Shown: positions 1 to 13,287, counted from the first letter of the whole stretch. The stretch is DNA of 63,278 nucleotides, filler included, from Choristocarpus tenellus KU-1152 (GCA_964200185.2; 9 parts of 9 records of this genome joined end to end with filler, not necessarily neighbours in it); one strand, 5' to 3'. The notes: a model not told the origin generated them from the sequence alone. Numbers and translations: made by a program.

Positions 1-56
1 TAATAAATATCCATCACCTTTTATCATGCTGCGGTGGCATGCATATTTACCCTTTG

Positions 57-163
57 GTAACATAGGGGCTTCAGTTCAGACTCTGCCAGTTTTTTTTTCT
101 AACATAGGGACGGACTCCAGTTCCTACTCTGCCAGTTCTTTCCAACATAGAGACTCCAGTCCC
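57..163. repeat. Degenerate ~42-bp tandem repeat, about 2.5 copies
   Basis: Recurring AACATAG(G/A)G...CAGTTC..ACTCTGCCAGTT units. Confidence 0.6.
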
Positions 164-1199
164 AAAATAACCATGGATTCCAACAATGATCAACAATCCC
201 CTCGTTTACTTAGAGAACGGATCCTCAAAAGTCGTAAGGCACAGTCAAGATCAATATATGTCTGACCAAGTAAGAGTATATACTTTTATTTAAAAATGTA
301 TATATAACTCCTACTAGCCCCAAAACAGGTCAACAAATATCCTTGTCTAACCTCAGAAACCGTTCCCAATGGTCACAGAATACCATTATAGTCAGATTGC
401 CCCTGGCCTAGTCTGAGTATACATTTGCTCTTTCTGAAACACACCTTCAAAATTTACAATGAATCTCTGACATGGCCTAAAATGAATGGGTCCCCAGTTC
501 CAATCACTCTAATCACCAATGTGATTAATTTATCCACGTTCTCTTCAAGGTCTCCATAAGGTCATACAATGCGGTCTCCAATAATTTGTGTCTAGCCTAA
601 TCCGAGTATACACTTGTTTCTTTTGAACCGGACCTTCAAAAGTTACAAAATACATAGCTCTGATTGGGCATACAATTCATGCGTCTTCCATTCCAATTTT
701 CCCGGTTATATAAATGCAAGTGCTATCAAGGATTAGACTTATATTATTCATGACCTACACAGCATCTGATTGTTGCCTGTCCTATGCCCCCCATGCACAA
801 AGCATACTTAAGGCTGCTAGTGTGCAAAACATGCAATGACAAGAATTAAGATAAAGAAAGAAAGAAGAGCCAATGAGAGCAACAAATAGTACTAATAATA
901 AATAAAAATAGCGTGTGGATGATGTGGGAAACAAAGTGGAAACTGAATAGTAAATAAAATAAAATAAAAGCACAAAAAGTAAAAGGGAAGAAAAGAAGAA
1001 AGGTCAGTAAATAAGGAGGGTAACAACTATGAAAAGAAAAGAAAATTTAAAAATCAGAGGATGATGGGATGAGAACTAAAAATAAATAACCGTAGAAAAA
1101 CAGAAGTATTCAAGATCACAGAGAGTTGTTACAAAATAGAAAAGAGGAAAATAAAAAAAAAAAGCTGTGAGTTCAGTGTTTATATTTTCCAAGAACTTC

Positions 1200-3905
1200 A
1201 TCCTATACAACCAATGTATAATACTGTGTGCTCTAATGTGGGCAGCTGCGTTTTAACTTCTGCTGTGTCACATTCCTTTTAGTTACTTATGATTTTCAAT
1301 GCTTTAATCTCTTGTTCTAGCACGTACCGGCTGAACCTCACCTTGTCCCTCAGGCATACAGTTGTAACCTGCTGGATTGTTTCCTGGAGGAGGCACTCAT
1401 TCTCTCCTGCTGAATTCCTCCTTACCTCCATCCTTCAACCATACCCTCCAGTCGGGTGACTTGAATTTAAAACCTGGACCGTGTCCTACCAGTCTCTTTA
1501 GCTTTCATCCTTCCAAAATGGTGACACTAGTACCTAGAGAGAAGAGACGTAACACATCCTCTCGAGGCAAGAGTTGTTCTTGAGTGGGAACATTAGTTGA
1601 CATGGTCTTGTGTTACGGTTGTGAAGGTCCTAGAAGGCATGATAAACATCCAACTGTAGTAAGTTAAAGCTCGCTATTCGCCTGTAACATAACTGACCCT
1701 TTAAACAAGAGTCTCCGTTTTGGCACACAGGTATCTTGATATTGCCATCCCCAGTCTTCGCAAGGGCATACTTGTTGTAGATAGTGTAATCACTGTGTTC
1801 CTGTTTGTAAAATCTGATGCAATGTACGGGGAGTATGTGATAGGGACAACAAAGATCCACATATTGGACCTGGTCGGCCATCTTGATCCCTACGGTGAAT
1901 GCATTTTCTGTATCTAATCCGAGTGCTTTTCTCATACTACATATTCTGACTGCGACTGTTTGTTGCTCTACTACAAATATAATTACCACCATTCCTACCT
2001 TGCTTCTCACGCATTGGACACAGGTATTCTACTGCTCGTTGCTCCCACTCCTTCCTCGAATCCTCTCTTGGAACATTGGCCTTGGCGACACTCGGAAATG
2101 AAGTCTGTTGCACCTCATTATTTCTAGGTCTGGTGTTTTTTTTGTGGTATTGTGACAGGTGAGAGGTGGGACGATAGTACAGGTGGTGTGATGGTACACC
2201 TATATGCACAGGACCGCTGTCAAGGACTACTGAGCACTGCACTGACAGCTTTGTAGTCACAACTGATTCCCCTAGTCTATCCCCCCACTACTGCTGCCTG
2301 TCCCCAAAGCCCCCAAGTCAACTCCCCTTTCGTCATTGCCTGACTTCAAATCCCCCGATCCCTCCTTCACCACTGTCCCACCACTTCTCAACACTATCCC
2401 ACCACCGCAGATATTCTGGGCCAGCCTCACTGCCACCAGTTGCTGATATTGTTTGCGACAGAACTCTGCCTCAACAGTATCTCCACTCTTCTCAAAAGTC
2501 ATCCAAGCTTGCTTAGCAGTCTTACGCACTTGGTCAAAATTGTGCCTATCTTCCCTAGCAGTAGCCTTTTCTGTCATTATGTCTACGTGTCTCATGTCTC
2601 TAGCCGCTTGATCCAGTGTGGATATGAGTGCACCAATAATGTTTTCGTCCATCCTACTTTTTTCCCTTGAGTCTGCTTCCAACTTCAAGTCCTCCTCAGC
2701 AGCCCTCTGTAACTGCTGTCGGCTCCTCGACCCTGGGTTTGCTACTAGCCTGGACCCCCTCAATGCCTCCACACCCTCCATTGAAGAGGACTCCACCGAC
2801 CCGCTGTCCTTGCTTAAGTCACATGAGGATGTGGACCCTTTTTGTGGGGTCCCTCTCTCACACTCACGTCAGAATCTTGGCGCACATCATTGGATGGGGA
2901 CCCATATACTGCAAACAGGAGAAGATATGGAGGGACCCAGTCATTTGGCATATTTTTTGGAGGGGGGGGAATAGGGGAAACCTGGGGCAAAGGTCTCCCC
3001 CCTGATCCAGGAGAGGGTAGTTCCTGGCTGGGCCTTTCTGGGGTGATGCTGGCAGGACTGGAGGTGGGACCTCCTGACTCAGACCCCACCACTTTAGCCT
3101 CAGTCGCCGTTGGAGATTCACCTTCGTCCCCCCCCCCCAAAAAAAGGGCGATGGTACTCCCAGTAATCCTCGATTTCTCCTCTTCCTCCCACAATCAGTC
3201 GCACAGCTTCTGCAGGCAGTCCGTCTCCTGCTCCTCAGACCGCAACTTTCCTCCAGGAACAAGACTGGGAAGCAGAAAGGTGTTGGATGTGTGTATGTTA
3301 AGGTGCTCCCCACTGAGCATTGTGGTCATGGATTTCATGTGTGTAAGCTATGAAAGTAAAGTGCAATACAGCAGGAGGTGAAGCAACATCTACCGTTGTT
3401 CTCACGTCAGCCAGGGGGAGTTGTACATGTTGGTGACAATCTTCTGCGCCTTCGTTCGCCTGGACCATATCGAAGTGTTCGAACATAGGAATGTCTTTGG
3501 AATGGTCTACTTCCCGGTTCCTAATGTTGTCTACACCAACACTTCTTTTGTAAGAGTCGGGGGTTCAAGTCTGGGGCTTCCTCTCCTAACCACTTCAAGA
3601 ATCCAGGGACCGCCACATCCATTTATGCTTGCGTTGTCAAGGCATGTCTCGCCTTCCGTGAAACTGTGCTTCCGCATTCCTTCAAGGACCTTCCCGCATA
3701 GGCGATGGGAACAGCTTCAAATGAACAGCAGTAATCTTTGAACCACATGTGTTCTTCAGTCTCCTGAGTACCTATGACACTACAGCATTCAACTCGAAGC
3801 CTATGCCCGTAACTGCATCCTCGCAAGCCATGATTCAGTCTTCCAATAATTTTGTATCGGTATTGCCTGTTCAGGGTTAGACGTTAGAGTGGAGTGGTGT
3901 GATAG
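1200..3905 (-). mobile_element. Degenerate unclassified dispersed coding element; left boundary approximate
   Basis: 3627-3905 is the reverse-complement homolog of 13288-13565 (MACEDAVTGIGFEL vs MAYEDAVTGMGFEL, plus shared upstream DNA). Broken, intronless minus-strand ORFs continue (2814-3194, 2272-2796, 1630-2010) with stops and frameshifts. Confidence 0.5.
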
Positions 3906-4479
3906 TGATACTAAAATATCTTGTCCGATAGATGTCGGCATAATCAAAATAAAGTCTGTAGTAGAACTCGCACAAACCACACCTGTCCAGTTCTCTTTTT
4001 CCTGTTTAGATTTTCAGTGAAAAGCAAAATCAAATGGAACCCCCCCCTGTATAGGAGTTGTTGCCTTAGACAATTCCTTTCTTTATTTCATAATCACCAT
4101 GCGCGATTTACTGTCTCTCTCAAAAACCACATCTGGTATTGCATGCATATAAATTGAAACTGATGTTCAATATTGGACATAATCACAGTAAAGATACTCC
4201 GACGATCAAACAAAGCGGTAGAGACAAAGCATATTACCAACCAATTAATACAAAATATTGTATTTTCGTCACATTGGCTAGCCAAACATAAACACACATA
4301 CACAGTAAAGGAACACTGTGTACTCTACACAAGAAGAAGTGTTCTGTTTGGAATGGCCCCACCAGTACCCATAACCGAAAAATCCCAACCAGATCATTTC
4401 CGATAAAGGAACAGTTCCATTATTTTTTATGGTTTAAGGTTTCCATTACTCAAAACGTTCCAGCAACCAGTAAAATCCC

Positions 4480-5400
4480 AAAGAATGCAGGAACGGGATT
4501 TTGAAGAGACGACATGCTTGATTGTAGGTACTTTAGTCTGGATGGATGGATGTAAAAAAAAAAGGTGGAGAACTCAGTGCTTGGAGTGTTCAGAAGGAGG
4601 AAGTCGTTTGGGAAGATGGAAGATACTGGTGCGTCTCAATTTGAATGGGAAATATGGATGGAGGTACTCGGGTGGATCTTTCGAAGGCCTTGTTGTCTCG
4701 CTCACTCAATCCTACACGTTATTTAGGGCGTAACTTGGGTCCATGGCATAATGGAGGAGGTTAAAAGCCAGATTCTGAAAGGAGAGGGCCTGTTTTTTTG
4801 TGTCTTGGTCTGCTGGCTTTTCCGTCAGACTCGGCAGGATGCCACGCCTAAGTTTGCAAGGGACATGCGGAAAAGATGGTACAATGCAAAAATACTATTA
4901 GATGGGCACCTGTCAACAACTTTCCAAGATCTGGTGGGACGAATGACCCATATAGAACACAATTCTAATGGTAGTCAAAGGATGCAGAGATACCTTTTCA
5001 ACCCCCACTGTATATGGGGGCGTTTGCTTTTGGATACCAAAGAACATTACCAAAACAAAAACGAAGGAAATTGGAATTATCTTTGAACACAGTTCGCTCT
5101 TCTTGAAGGTCCATCCTTTGAGGGAACTGCTGATAGAATGGCGTCAAATTGTCTTCCTCACTACAAGTGCTATAAAAGCAATATGAACAAGCGACTGTAG
5201 ATATTGACTGTAGTCGACGTTCTTATGGATCATCTGCTTGATGACTCTGGGGAGCAAGACTTTCCTCCCAATAAATCTGAAGCCCTCGATAGTGGAAGCT
5301 CAGACATCAGTGGAGACCAGTCGCCCAATTGGGCTGATGGGTCTGCTTCTTTTATTTCGTTTGCTACGTTAATCCAATAAATCGATGACTACGTAGGTAG
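4480..5400 (+). mobile_element. Possible PIF/Harbinger-type DDE transposase relic
   Basis: Motif remnants in the expected order across frameshifts: YNAKILLD, (S)GGTND (PGSxND-like), NWNYL/HSSL...EWRQI (FNxxHSSxR...RWRIL-like). Recognition by eye only. Confidence 0.35.
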
Positions 5401-5791
5401 CACACATGGACACAATATCCGTATATCGATATTTTAAAGTCTCATCTATCTGCTGTATGGACTACTATGCAAGCGCACCTGCCATAAGCTGGTAAGTGAA
5501 ACGGAGTATCGCCATTCATTGCACAGTCCTAAAACGTGATCGAGACAAACTGAAACAACTGGCTCTGTCACATTGTGCTCCCAGGCAAGTCCCAATTCTC
5601 TGATTCCAACAAACACTGTGCCCTATCCTAGTACAAACAGTCGCACAGGCTAGGATAACGACAAATGGATGAAACAGAAGTAAAAGTATACCATATAGAT
5701 GCACTTGTCCAAGTTTTCGCAGGTGCTACTTGGGTCCCTATCTACATGGCAAGTCCCATTTGTGTTGATCCGTAGGCTTCAACATGTGGTG

Positions 5792-8700
5792 TCAGCCAGC
5801 AGCCTGAGGTGTTTGCTGTGTCCGCAGCCTAGCTGCCATTGCTGTCCCTACTCGCATTCCATCCACTGCAGCACTCACAATCCCTCCTTCTCGAGCAACA
5901 AGCACAGGGACGGAAAGAAGGGGGGCTTCAGATGACCTATACTCCCTGCATATTTAGTGATTACACATACACACGAATCTATGCAAGAATAAGTGGATAC
6001 TACTAATAGTACTCAGGAGCACTAGCTACACCGAGTGTGAAATCGCAAATGGAACCCTGATGTGACATACACATAAATTGTTTACTGTGTACCACATAGA
6101 GAGCCCTAAGGGATGACAATAACAGTATCACCTATCCGCAGGCATAAACTCACACAAGAAGCTATAATAGACTTCAATTTCCTCCAATGTTACCAATCGT
6201 GCATCAAATTGAGTAGCGGGGTGTGGCATACCACTTGAGGGTATACCCTTCCTACTTCTGTGCAGACGTAGATTACAAAATATATTCATGGTACATGCTT
6301 TGAAGTGTAAGCAGCAGAAATAGAATACACCCTTTCTAGATTCTATCTTTTCGAGCTCAGTTGTGTGTGAGTCAACCTACCATTTCTACTATTGCACATG
6401 AATTCAAACATGTCTCAAGGAACAACCTTTCCCAGAGACGTATAGGTGGATGCACTTTCAGAAAATAGACATGAGAAACAATCAAACCACTGCCGACTCT
6501 GTTTTCTGGGCCTACCATTGAGTATATATATTCGAACTAAAAGGAGTATATGCCTTGCGTGTTGCACAGATGGTAAACAAAATTAACCACACAGCTGGGT
6601 ACAAAAAGCAATCATATTAACAATATAATGGCTCAGTGTTGGGTGAACTCAACACACAGGCGCAAGCTCATCACATACACTAAGGTTGTCCAATATGTCC
6701 CTATTGGTGAATGGAGAATCTTAAAATAAAAAAAGTCAACTGAGGATCTCGGAAACATCATTGGTCAACTCAACACCTCAAGAGTCACAAACAAAGGCTA
6801 TCCATCACAGGATTACCTATCACCTGTCCGTTGGTTATAACCTAACCCACCTGCATAGCCAGCTCCCTCTCCAGTTGGAAACAAGCCTGGCATGGATAAG
6901 CACTCCATTGTGGTCGGATCTCTCTCAATCTTTTCAATGTCACAAAAGCACAATATGCCATCCAATCAGAGCACAGTAGGCCAAAAGGGAGGTCCCAGGA
7001 TGAAGGTGATGGTATGCGAAGAGGTGTCAAAAGAGGATGAGCTACTATGTGGAAGGTATCTTACCTATCACATTGTGGATTGGTTTAAGGGCATTTAGGT
7101 GGGCACCAAGGCTGTGTTAATGTCTAATACTCAATGTTATTCTTCAATACTATGTAGTACAATGTCTAATACTCTAAGTATTTAATTCTCTTTTGCAACA
7201 GGGTTATGTCAAGACTAACACACACAAAGTGCTTCAGGGTCAAAAACTGACACAGTAGTATGAAGTAGGATCACCAATGGAATGACCTGCTTGTACCATC
7301 AAGTTGCCACAATGTAATCTCTCTTGCAACCTCCCCTGGACTGAAGACATTCTTAAGTAGCTGTCCCCAGTTATTACGGCAAAGTATCATACCGTGGTCA
7401 TCCTTCTCTCTGCAACATATTTTGTAGCCCACTTGTCATCTCTACAACCTATCACAAACAGCTCTATTCACATTAGTAGAACGTTTCAGGTGTGGTACAT
7501 GGTAATGCTGTAATCAGTTTCATCAATCGACGGTTCGTTCCACAGATAAATAGAAAAAACAATATGTTTCATGTTTTATATATTGTTCCAACATCCCCGC
7601 GGCAAACATATGCTCAGTGGAGTTCCTAGTGACAGTAGTACCATTTACATAACAGTCGTAACTCAGATATTGTGATGTTATCAAGCTACCTTTACACAAA
7701 CAAGACTTACTATACATCACCATTGTTCGTACATGCACACCCTATATTATGTTGCTATCATTGGTCGAGATCAATGACTTGTTGCCCAATGAAGCGACTA
7801 GCTCAGCCTGTTTGTTCCTCCTTGAAGTAAAATGCGGTCTAGGAGGTAATGCATGTACAAATACCTAACTTACACCCATTACACCAATTAGTACACTTAT
7901 GAATATTTTAGTTCTAAGTTAACGCCTGAGGACAAGCAGTCACTTGGAACGGTCCAAATTGCTACACACTCAGGAGGTTCATGCTTGTTATGAGGCAGGG
8001 ACTAAGGTGCCATTAACAGGATACTTACAAACCCTTGAAACACCTTCCAAAGTAACACCAACTGTGACTTGGCCTCTCACTGGTGCTCAGGTATGGCAAT
8101 GACTGGGTCTATCAAATATCAAATAGAAAGTACAGAAAATCACCACGAACAGGGAGGAAGAAAGGGAAGATACTGTACATAACAAAATAATAATAATAAT
8201 AATAATAACCACAACAACAACAACAATGGCAATGATGAATGAGGGTATACCTGCACGGGTGAACTGGTTCTGGTCTCTACCCCATGCAAGAGACCTTGAT
8301 CAGATACAAACCCTGGCAGGCGTTTGTCAAATGCCACCAGGGCTTGCCGTAGACACTCCGTGACATAAGAAGGGTACAGCTGACACAATCAACAAAAAGG
8401 TACAATGGCAAGATGAGGGTTGACGAGAACATAAAAAAATATAAATTTCGTAAAAACAAAAATAAGCTTATCATGTACTTTAAAAACAACACGCAAGGAG
8501 GCATGGACTGGCATAGAAAAGGCACCAATAGGAGAACACCAATTAACCCTAACCCTAACAAGCGTGTACATAGGGTTAGGGAAAATAGTCAATAGTCAAT
8601 CCTTGTTTGCATTCCTACAATGTAATCAATTAGGCAGCCCTACCACTGCACAGCCTTGCCCTACAGCGCTTAATGTTCACAAACAAGCACATTTTTCAAA

Positions 8701-10784
8701 TTTATCCCCTCCATGCTCAAGGAAGTTGTGTCTGTATCCACGTATCCAATAAAGGTATCAGCCTTCTTCTTACAGAGGAACTGAAATTGTGGGTGTGGGC
8801 TATCTCGGGAAATATTTTATTTTTGTAATTAAGAACAGTTAAGGAGAAATGCCAATCTCAAGTTTGTTCCTGTACTTTCCTACTTCACAACAATGAATTG
8901 AATGAGACCCCAACAATACAACAGTGAAATGAGCCCGCACAGAATTTCACTCTTATTTTTTCAGAGGGCTCACACACTACAGTTGTACACTACAGTTGTA
9001 ACAATAAGAGAAGGTGTTGAGCTAGAATAAACCAAGGACAAAAAGGACATACGCACATACTAATAACACTAATACATCAATACACTCTTCTTGAGCACTA
9101 TCTAGACATACACTAATAAAGAACTTGAACACAACTTGCTTCACAATTTGGTTAATGACAAGCACGGACAAATCATCACAACACATCACAACACATCACA
9201 AATCATCACAACACATCACAAATCATCACAACACATCACAACACATCACAAATCATCACAAATCATCACAACACATCACAAATCATCACAAATCATTACA
9301 ACACATCACAACACACACCAGTGCTTGTTTCAGATTAAAAAAAAATCATCCCTACATCTGACTTCGAATCTCCAAAGTACTTCAGTGACAAGTCGTTTCG
9401 GTGTTACAATCATAATTTCACCTTAGCAAAAATTCAAGACATGGATCACTCAGAGTGGTCGATGGTTTTGATGGGCAGTTAGTGAGGGTGCTACCCAATA
9501 TGATCGCCGACAGACATATTAAAAACAGTTTCAACCCAGTAGAGTAGTAGAATAGTTAAAAGTATTAACATGTAGTACTCAGTAAATTGTTCCCACCTGA
9601 TGCAAAGGTCCAGCACGAACGCCCAACCTGTAGCTGGAAGATGGCAATGCCGAATCATCTTTGCTATCAACGCCTTCCAAAAAATCGGTTACACGCTGCA
9701 CTGGAACCACTGCCAAACGCCATCATGGTTTTTGGGAAACAGTCGGGAGAGTGGATGGATGTTGGATAAATACAAGACTCCCCCCCTCCCCCCCCACACA
9801 CAAAAAGGACATGACATGTTCATCTTTGTCCAAGTGATCACCACCAGTACTATATTTTTGTTTTTATTAATTTTACAAATTGGGTTAGGGTTAGGGCTAC
9901 TGAGACTATAGCACACAAGATTGAGACTCTTTCACCATTTAAAAAAAGTAACACACTTTTCAAGTATTTTGGTACTAGTAAAAAAGTAACACAATTTTCA
10001 AGTATTTTGGTACTGGTAAAAAGTAACACTATTTTCAAGTATTTTGGTACTGGTAAAAAAGTAACACAATTTTCAAGTATTTTGGTACTGGTAAAAAAGT
10101 AACACTATTTTCAAGTATTTTGGTACTAGTAAAAAAGTAACACTAATTTCAAGTAATTTTAGTACTAGTAAAACCCCCCCGGTATACATCAACTTCCCCA
10201 AGCAAAAGGCGTGCCGCTCAGTTCACCCACTGAACCTCGCATGTCCAACACAAATGTCAAAACCTTTCAGATCAAAATTTCAGCATACATAAAACTGCAA
10301 AACATCTAGCGCACCAACCCACTCCCAGTCAGTTCTACGCTGCAACTACAAGATCAGGGACGCTTGTACGACATACTTCAACACCACACCACACCAAAAC
10401 TGAACCTAACCCTAACCCTAACCCTACATTTCATAGTCGTTTCAAAGTAACAGTTTCAAACGCTATTACGGGACACGACTGAGATGAGGGAGGCGTTGGA
10501 GGGTCACTGTACTCTACAAACAACAAAAAAACAACCCCAAACAAACCTCATTGACTTTTCCCTATCGCACTACGATACCATCAAAACAATACAAACACCA
10601 ACATCTACGTACACAACAACCAATAATCAATCAATCAATAATCAATCAATCAACACAAACACGATAAAAAAAATGAACCCTAACCCTTACCCAGGTCACC
10701 TCCTCCCATCTCCGCAGCCCTTTGCTCCATGTTTCTCTGCCAGGCCACACCTCGCAGGGGCGAGTCTCCTGTGACTCCCCAATC
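5792..10784 (-). CDS. FAD/NAD(P)-dependent oxidoreductase (family of Arabidopsis At4g30720 and bacterial uncharacterised FAD-dependent dehydrogenases), 3' five exons; 5' part lost at contig end
   Basis: Exons 10691-~10784 (upper bound uncertain, possibly 10768), 9597-9709, 8251-8379, 6851-6929, 5792-5886. All GT-AG and phase-compatible: PLRGVAWQRNMEQRAAEMGGGDLVVPVQRVTDFLEG...LPSSSYRLGVRAGPLHQLYPSYVTECLRQALVAFDKRLPGFVSDQGLLHGVETRTSSPVQIERDPTTMECLSMPGLFPTGEGAGYAGGIVSAAVDGMRVG...stop. Confidence 0.93.
9168..9314. repeat. 10-bp minisatellite (CACAAATCAT/CACAACACAT), about 14 units, intronic
   Basis: Directly visible tandem units. Confidence 0.95.
9942..10173. repeat. 38-bp minisatellite, 6 copies, intronic
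   Basis: AAAAAAGTAACAC(A/T)ATTTTCAAGTATTTTGGTACT(A/G)GT; GTAACAC starts at 9948, 9986, 10023, 10061, 10099, 10137; no spacers. Confidence 0.95.
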
Positions 10785-10863
10785 CCCCCCCCCCCCCCCC
10801 CCCCCCCCCCGGGGCGGGAGGAAAAACTTCCCGCCGCAAAAACGGAAGAGGGGGCGGGGGGGG

Positions 10864-10963
10864 NNNNNNNNNNNNNNNNNNNNNNNNNNNNNNNNNNNNN
10901 NNNNNNNTTAATTAATTAANNNNNNNNNNNNNNNNNNNNNNNNNNNNNNNNNNNNNNNNNNNN
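10864..10963. other. Artificial contig linker N44-TTAATTAATTAA-N44 (also 13594-13693, 17272-17371, 31807-31906, 35761-35860, 40776-40875, 43441-43540, 51951-52050)
   Basis: Identical 100-bp construct with stops in all six frames, repeated eight times. Confidence 0.98.
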
Positions 10964-11805
10964 GTCCTATACTTACATCAGTATCATCTATACGCCCGTA
11001 GATTGGAGCTATACATCCTTTGGAGGTAAGCTTTTGGGGGCGCCTGTAACACAAAGAAGAGGTTGGTACCCCATGATCTCTCAAGGGCTTTGGACAAGAG
11101 TGAGGATCATCATCCAAGTGTTGATGAAAATACACCGTACAGAGAGGCAGTTGGTAGTTTGATTTGGGCAGCTGTTATGACAAGGCTAGACATTACAAAT
11201 GCCCTTCGTGAGGTTGCCAAGTACAGTAGTAACCCTAAAGTCACACATATTGGCGTGCAGTGAAGTGTATTTTAGCATATTTGAATACGTGTCCCAGTGT
11301 TGGATTGAGTTTTGGTGGTTTTGATACTGAGTGTGAGTTGAGTACATATATATACAGATGCTAGTTATGCTGGAGACTGGAATGATGGCAGATCAGTCAC
11401 TGGAGGAGCAATAACGTTTGCAGGAGGAGCAATATCTTGGATGTCAAAGGTACAAAGAGTTGTACCTCTGTATTCCACGGAGAGTGAGTACATAGCCCTT
11501 AGCAGTGTGGCAAAGGAATCACTTTTCTTGAGAAGCGTTTTTGAGTTTATTCAGTCACAGGTTTCTAGGTGTTGCATTGACATGTTTGAGGATAACGATG
11601 GTGCATGCAAACTAATCCGAAATGCCTCAGCTCTACTAGAACAAAGCACATTGATGTCCGACACCATTTTCTGAGAGGCTTAGCTCGAAAAGGAAAGTTT
11701 CGTGTTGATTTTGTTGGTACTGCCAATCAGAGGCCAGATGTGCCGACCAAGAATTTGCCAGTCCGAGCCTTTAGACAACATGTGAAATTTCTAATGAACA
11801 TGTGA
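10964..11805 (+). mobile_element. Ty1/copia pol 3' end (RT C-terminus + RNase H), degenerate
   Basis: PYREAVGSLIWAAVMTRLDI; YTDASYAGD..DGRSVTG; WMSKVQ...STESEYIAL; FEDNDGA; RTKHIDVRHHFLR; frameshifts present. Confidence 0.95.
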
Positions 11806-11881
11806 GGTCACATGTGCGTTGGATTTTTTTTTGGTGCCATTGTTTGAGAGGTAATACTTGTTTTCAGCAAAGAAGGGAGGA

Positions 11882-12092
11882 TGTCGAATAACCTAGTGTT
11901 ATCCTTACGTTGTATGTGCTGATACAAGTATGTAGCATAGGTTTCATGTACGTTCAACTTTGGTTTGGTACGATACGAAATTGTAACGTGCATAACGGTA
12001 TGATGAGTCAGCATTCATTCACACCTCAGTAGTGATGATGGATAGCTGACGGGTAATTAATATTCAGTGTATATTTTACCTTATAACTCAAC
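11882..12092 (+). mobile_element. Copia LTR (~210 bp) preceded by a polypurine tract
   Basis: Purine run AAAAGAAGGGAGGA immediately before TGT at 11882, shortly after the pol stop; ends near TATAACTCAAC (3' bound approximate). Confidence 0.7.
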
Positions 12093-13150
12093 CAGCAGCT
12101 TTGGGCGACGAGCCTTACATGCGCCAAGTACTTCAACAGATAGTGAAGAAGATGAGATCGCTACAAGATGAACCGAGTGATGAGGAGCAACTTAGTGACT
12201 TGCACAATTGCTTGACTGAAGAATACTTTATTGAGATTCGGCAGGTCACAGGGAGTGGACGAGAAGCGAGGCTGGATCTGCAAAGACGAGTTTGCGAGAC
12301 CTGTCAACTACGTAAACGACAACTTGAATGAGGGATAGCAAGCAATGAAGGTGCATTGATGGTGGGAGGAACCCGTTCGAGAAGTGGAACTACCGGTTTT
12401 CGAAAGGATCGGCAGTCAAGACGTGTGGAGCGCTGGCTGTGTGGATGATCACACTTTCAATCTTCCTGTCTGTCCCACAGCTGTTTCGTCTCGTTCTGGA
12501 TCCTATACAGGTTCTTGCTATGTTTGTGGAGCAGAAGGACACAAGGCTTATTGTTGTCCCAAACGCACTGGAGATATGAGAGAATCGGATGAAGGATCGT
12601 CTAAACCAACTCCTTGAAGGGAAAGGAAGAATGGCAAAGGGAGGGGGAGAGGAAATGCAAGTAACACTGGTGAACCTGGTGATGGTGAACACAAAGCAAA
12701 TGGTACACCAGTTCAGGTTGGAGGATTGTCATCGGTAAGGAAGGATGGAAGTTTTGGTTCTTTGACAGTTGAATGTTCGGTTCATATTACAAATAGCCCT
12801 ACTGCTCTGGTAGATCCAAAACCTGTGTAGGGACATCGATGACTGTTGGGGGTGGAAAGGTTCGTTCTACAAGTTTCAGCCATAGGTGATTTGTCACTAT
12901 CTTGTGCACAGAATAGGGAAATTTCCAACTTCACTTCAACAATGCGTCATTTATTTTTGTGATAAAATTTAATCTCTTCTCAATCATACAAGCGGGGAAA
13001 CAATGTGGGCGAGAATTATATTGGAAAGGGGAATATTTTTTGCGATCCCCTTTAAAGGACTTGGATTGGAATTTGTGAGACAGGTGGGAAGAATTATGGG
13101 TTATTTACGTTGAAAGGTAGAAGATCATCTCCTATGCGCACGTTTTGTTT
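12093..13150 (+). mobile_element. Ty1/copia gag-protease fragment, degenerate
   Basis: Gag-like LGDEP...LHNCLTEEY; CX2CX4HX4C knuckle CYVCGAEGHKAYC; protease remnant ...CSVHITNS...DPKP and NLFSIIQA. Confidence 0.8.
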
Positions 13151-13287
13151 TGCTGTTTTTTTTTCCTTTTTGATGAAAAACTGAACGGGAAAAAGAGAAC
13201 TTGAAAAATGTGACTGGAGAGTTAGTTATACAACAGATTTCATTTCGACTATACCGACGCCTTGAATTGTACACACAAGACCTCCCA

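Noticed and set aside
1400-2100. DIRS methyltransferase or tyrosine recombinase
   Set aside because: Only vague resemblance (NAFT, VLVSPFW); no catalytic motifs in consistent order
9125-9426. His/Thr-rich ORFs (likewise poly-T/S at 60130-60516, K-rich at 44092-44520, ER-repeat at 13638-14075)
   Set aside because: Translations of simple repeats or A-rich DNA
9942-10173. 38-bp repeats as a CRISPR array
   Set aside because: Head-to-tail units with no unique spacers, intronic, no cas genes
10722-11135. ORFs containing X runs and ending in LIN
   Set aside because: Artefacts of the N/TTAATTAATTAA linker
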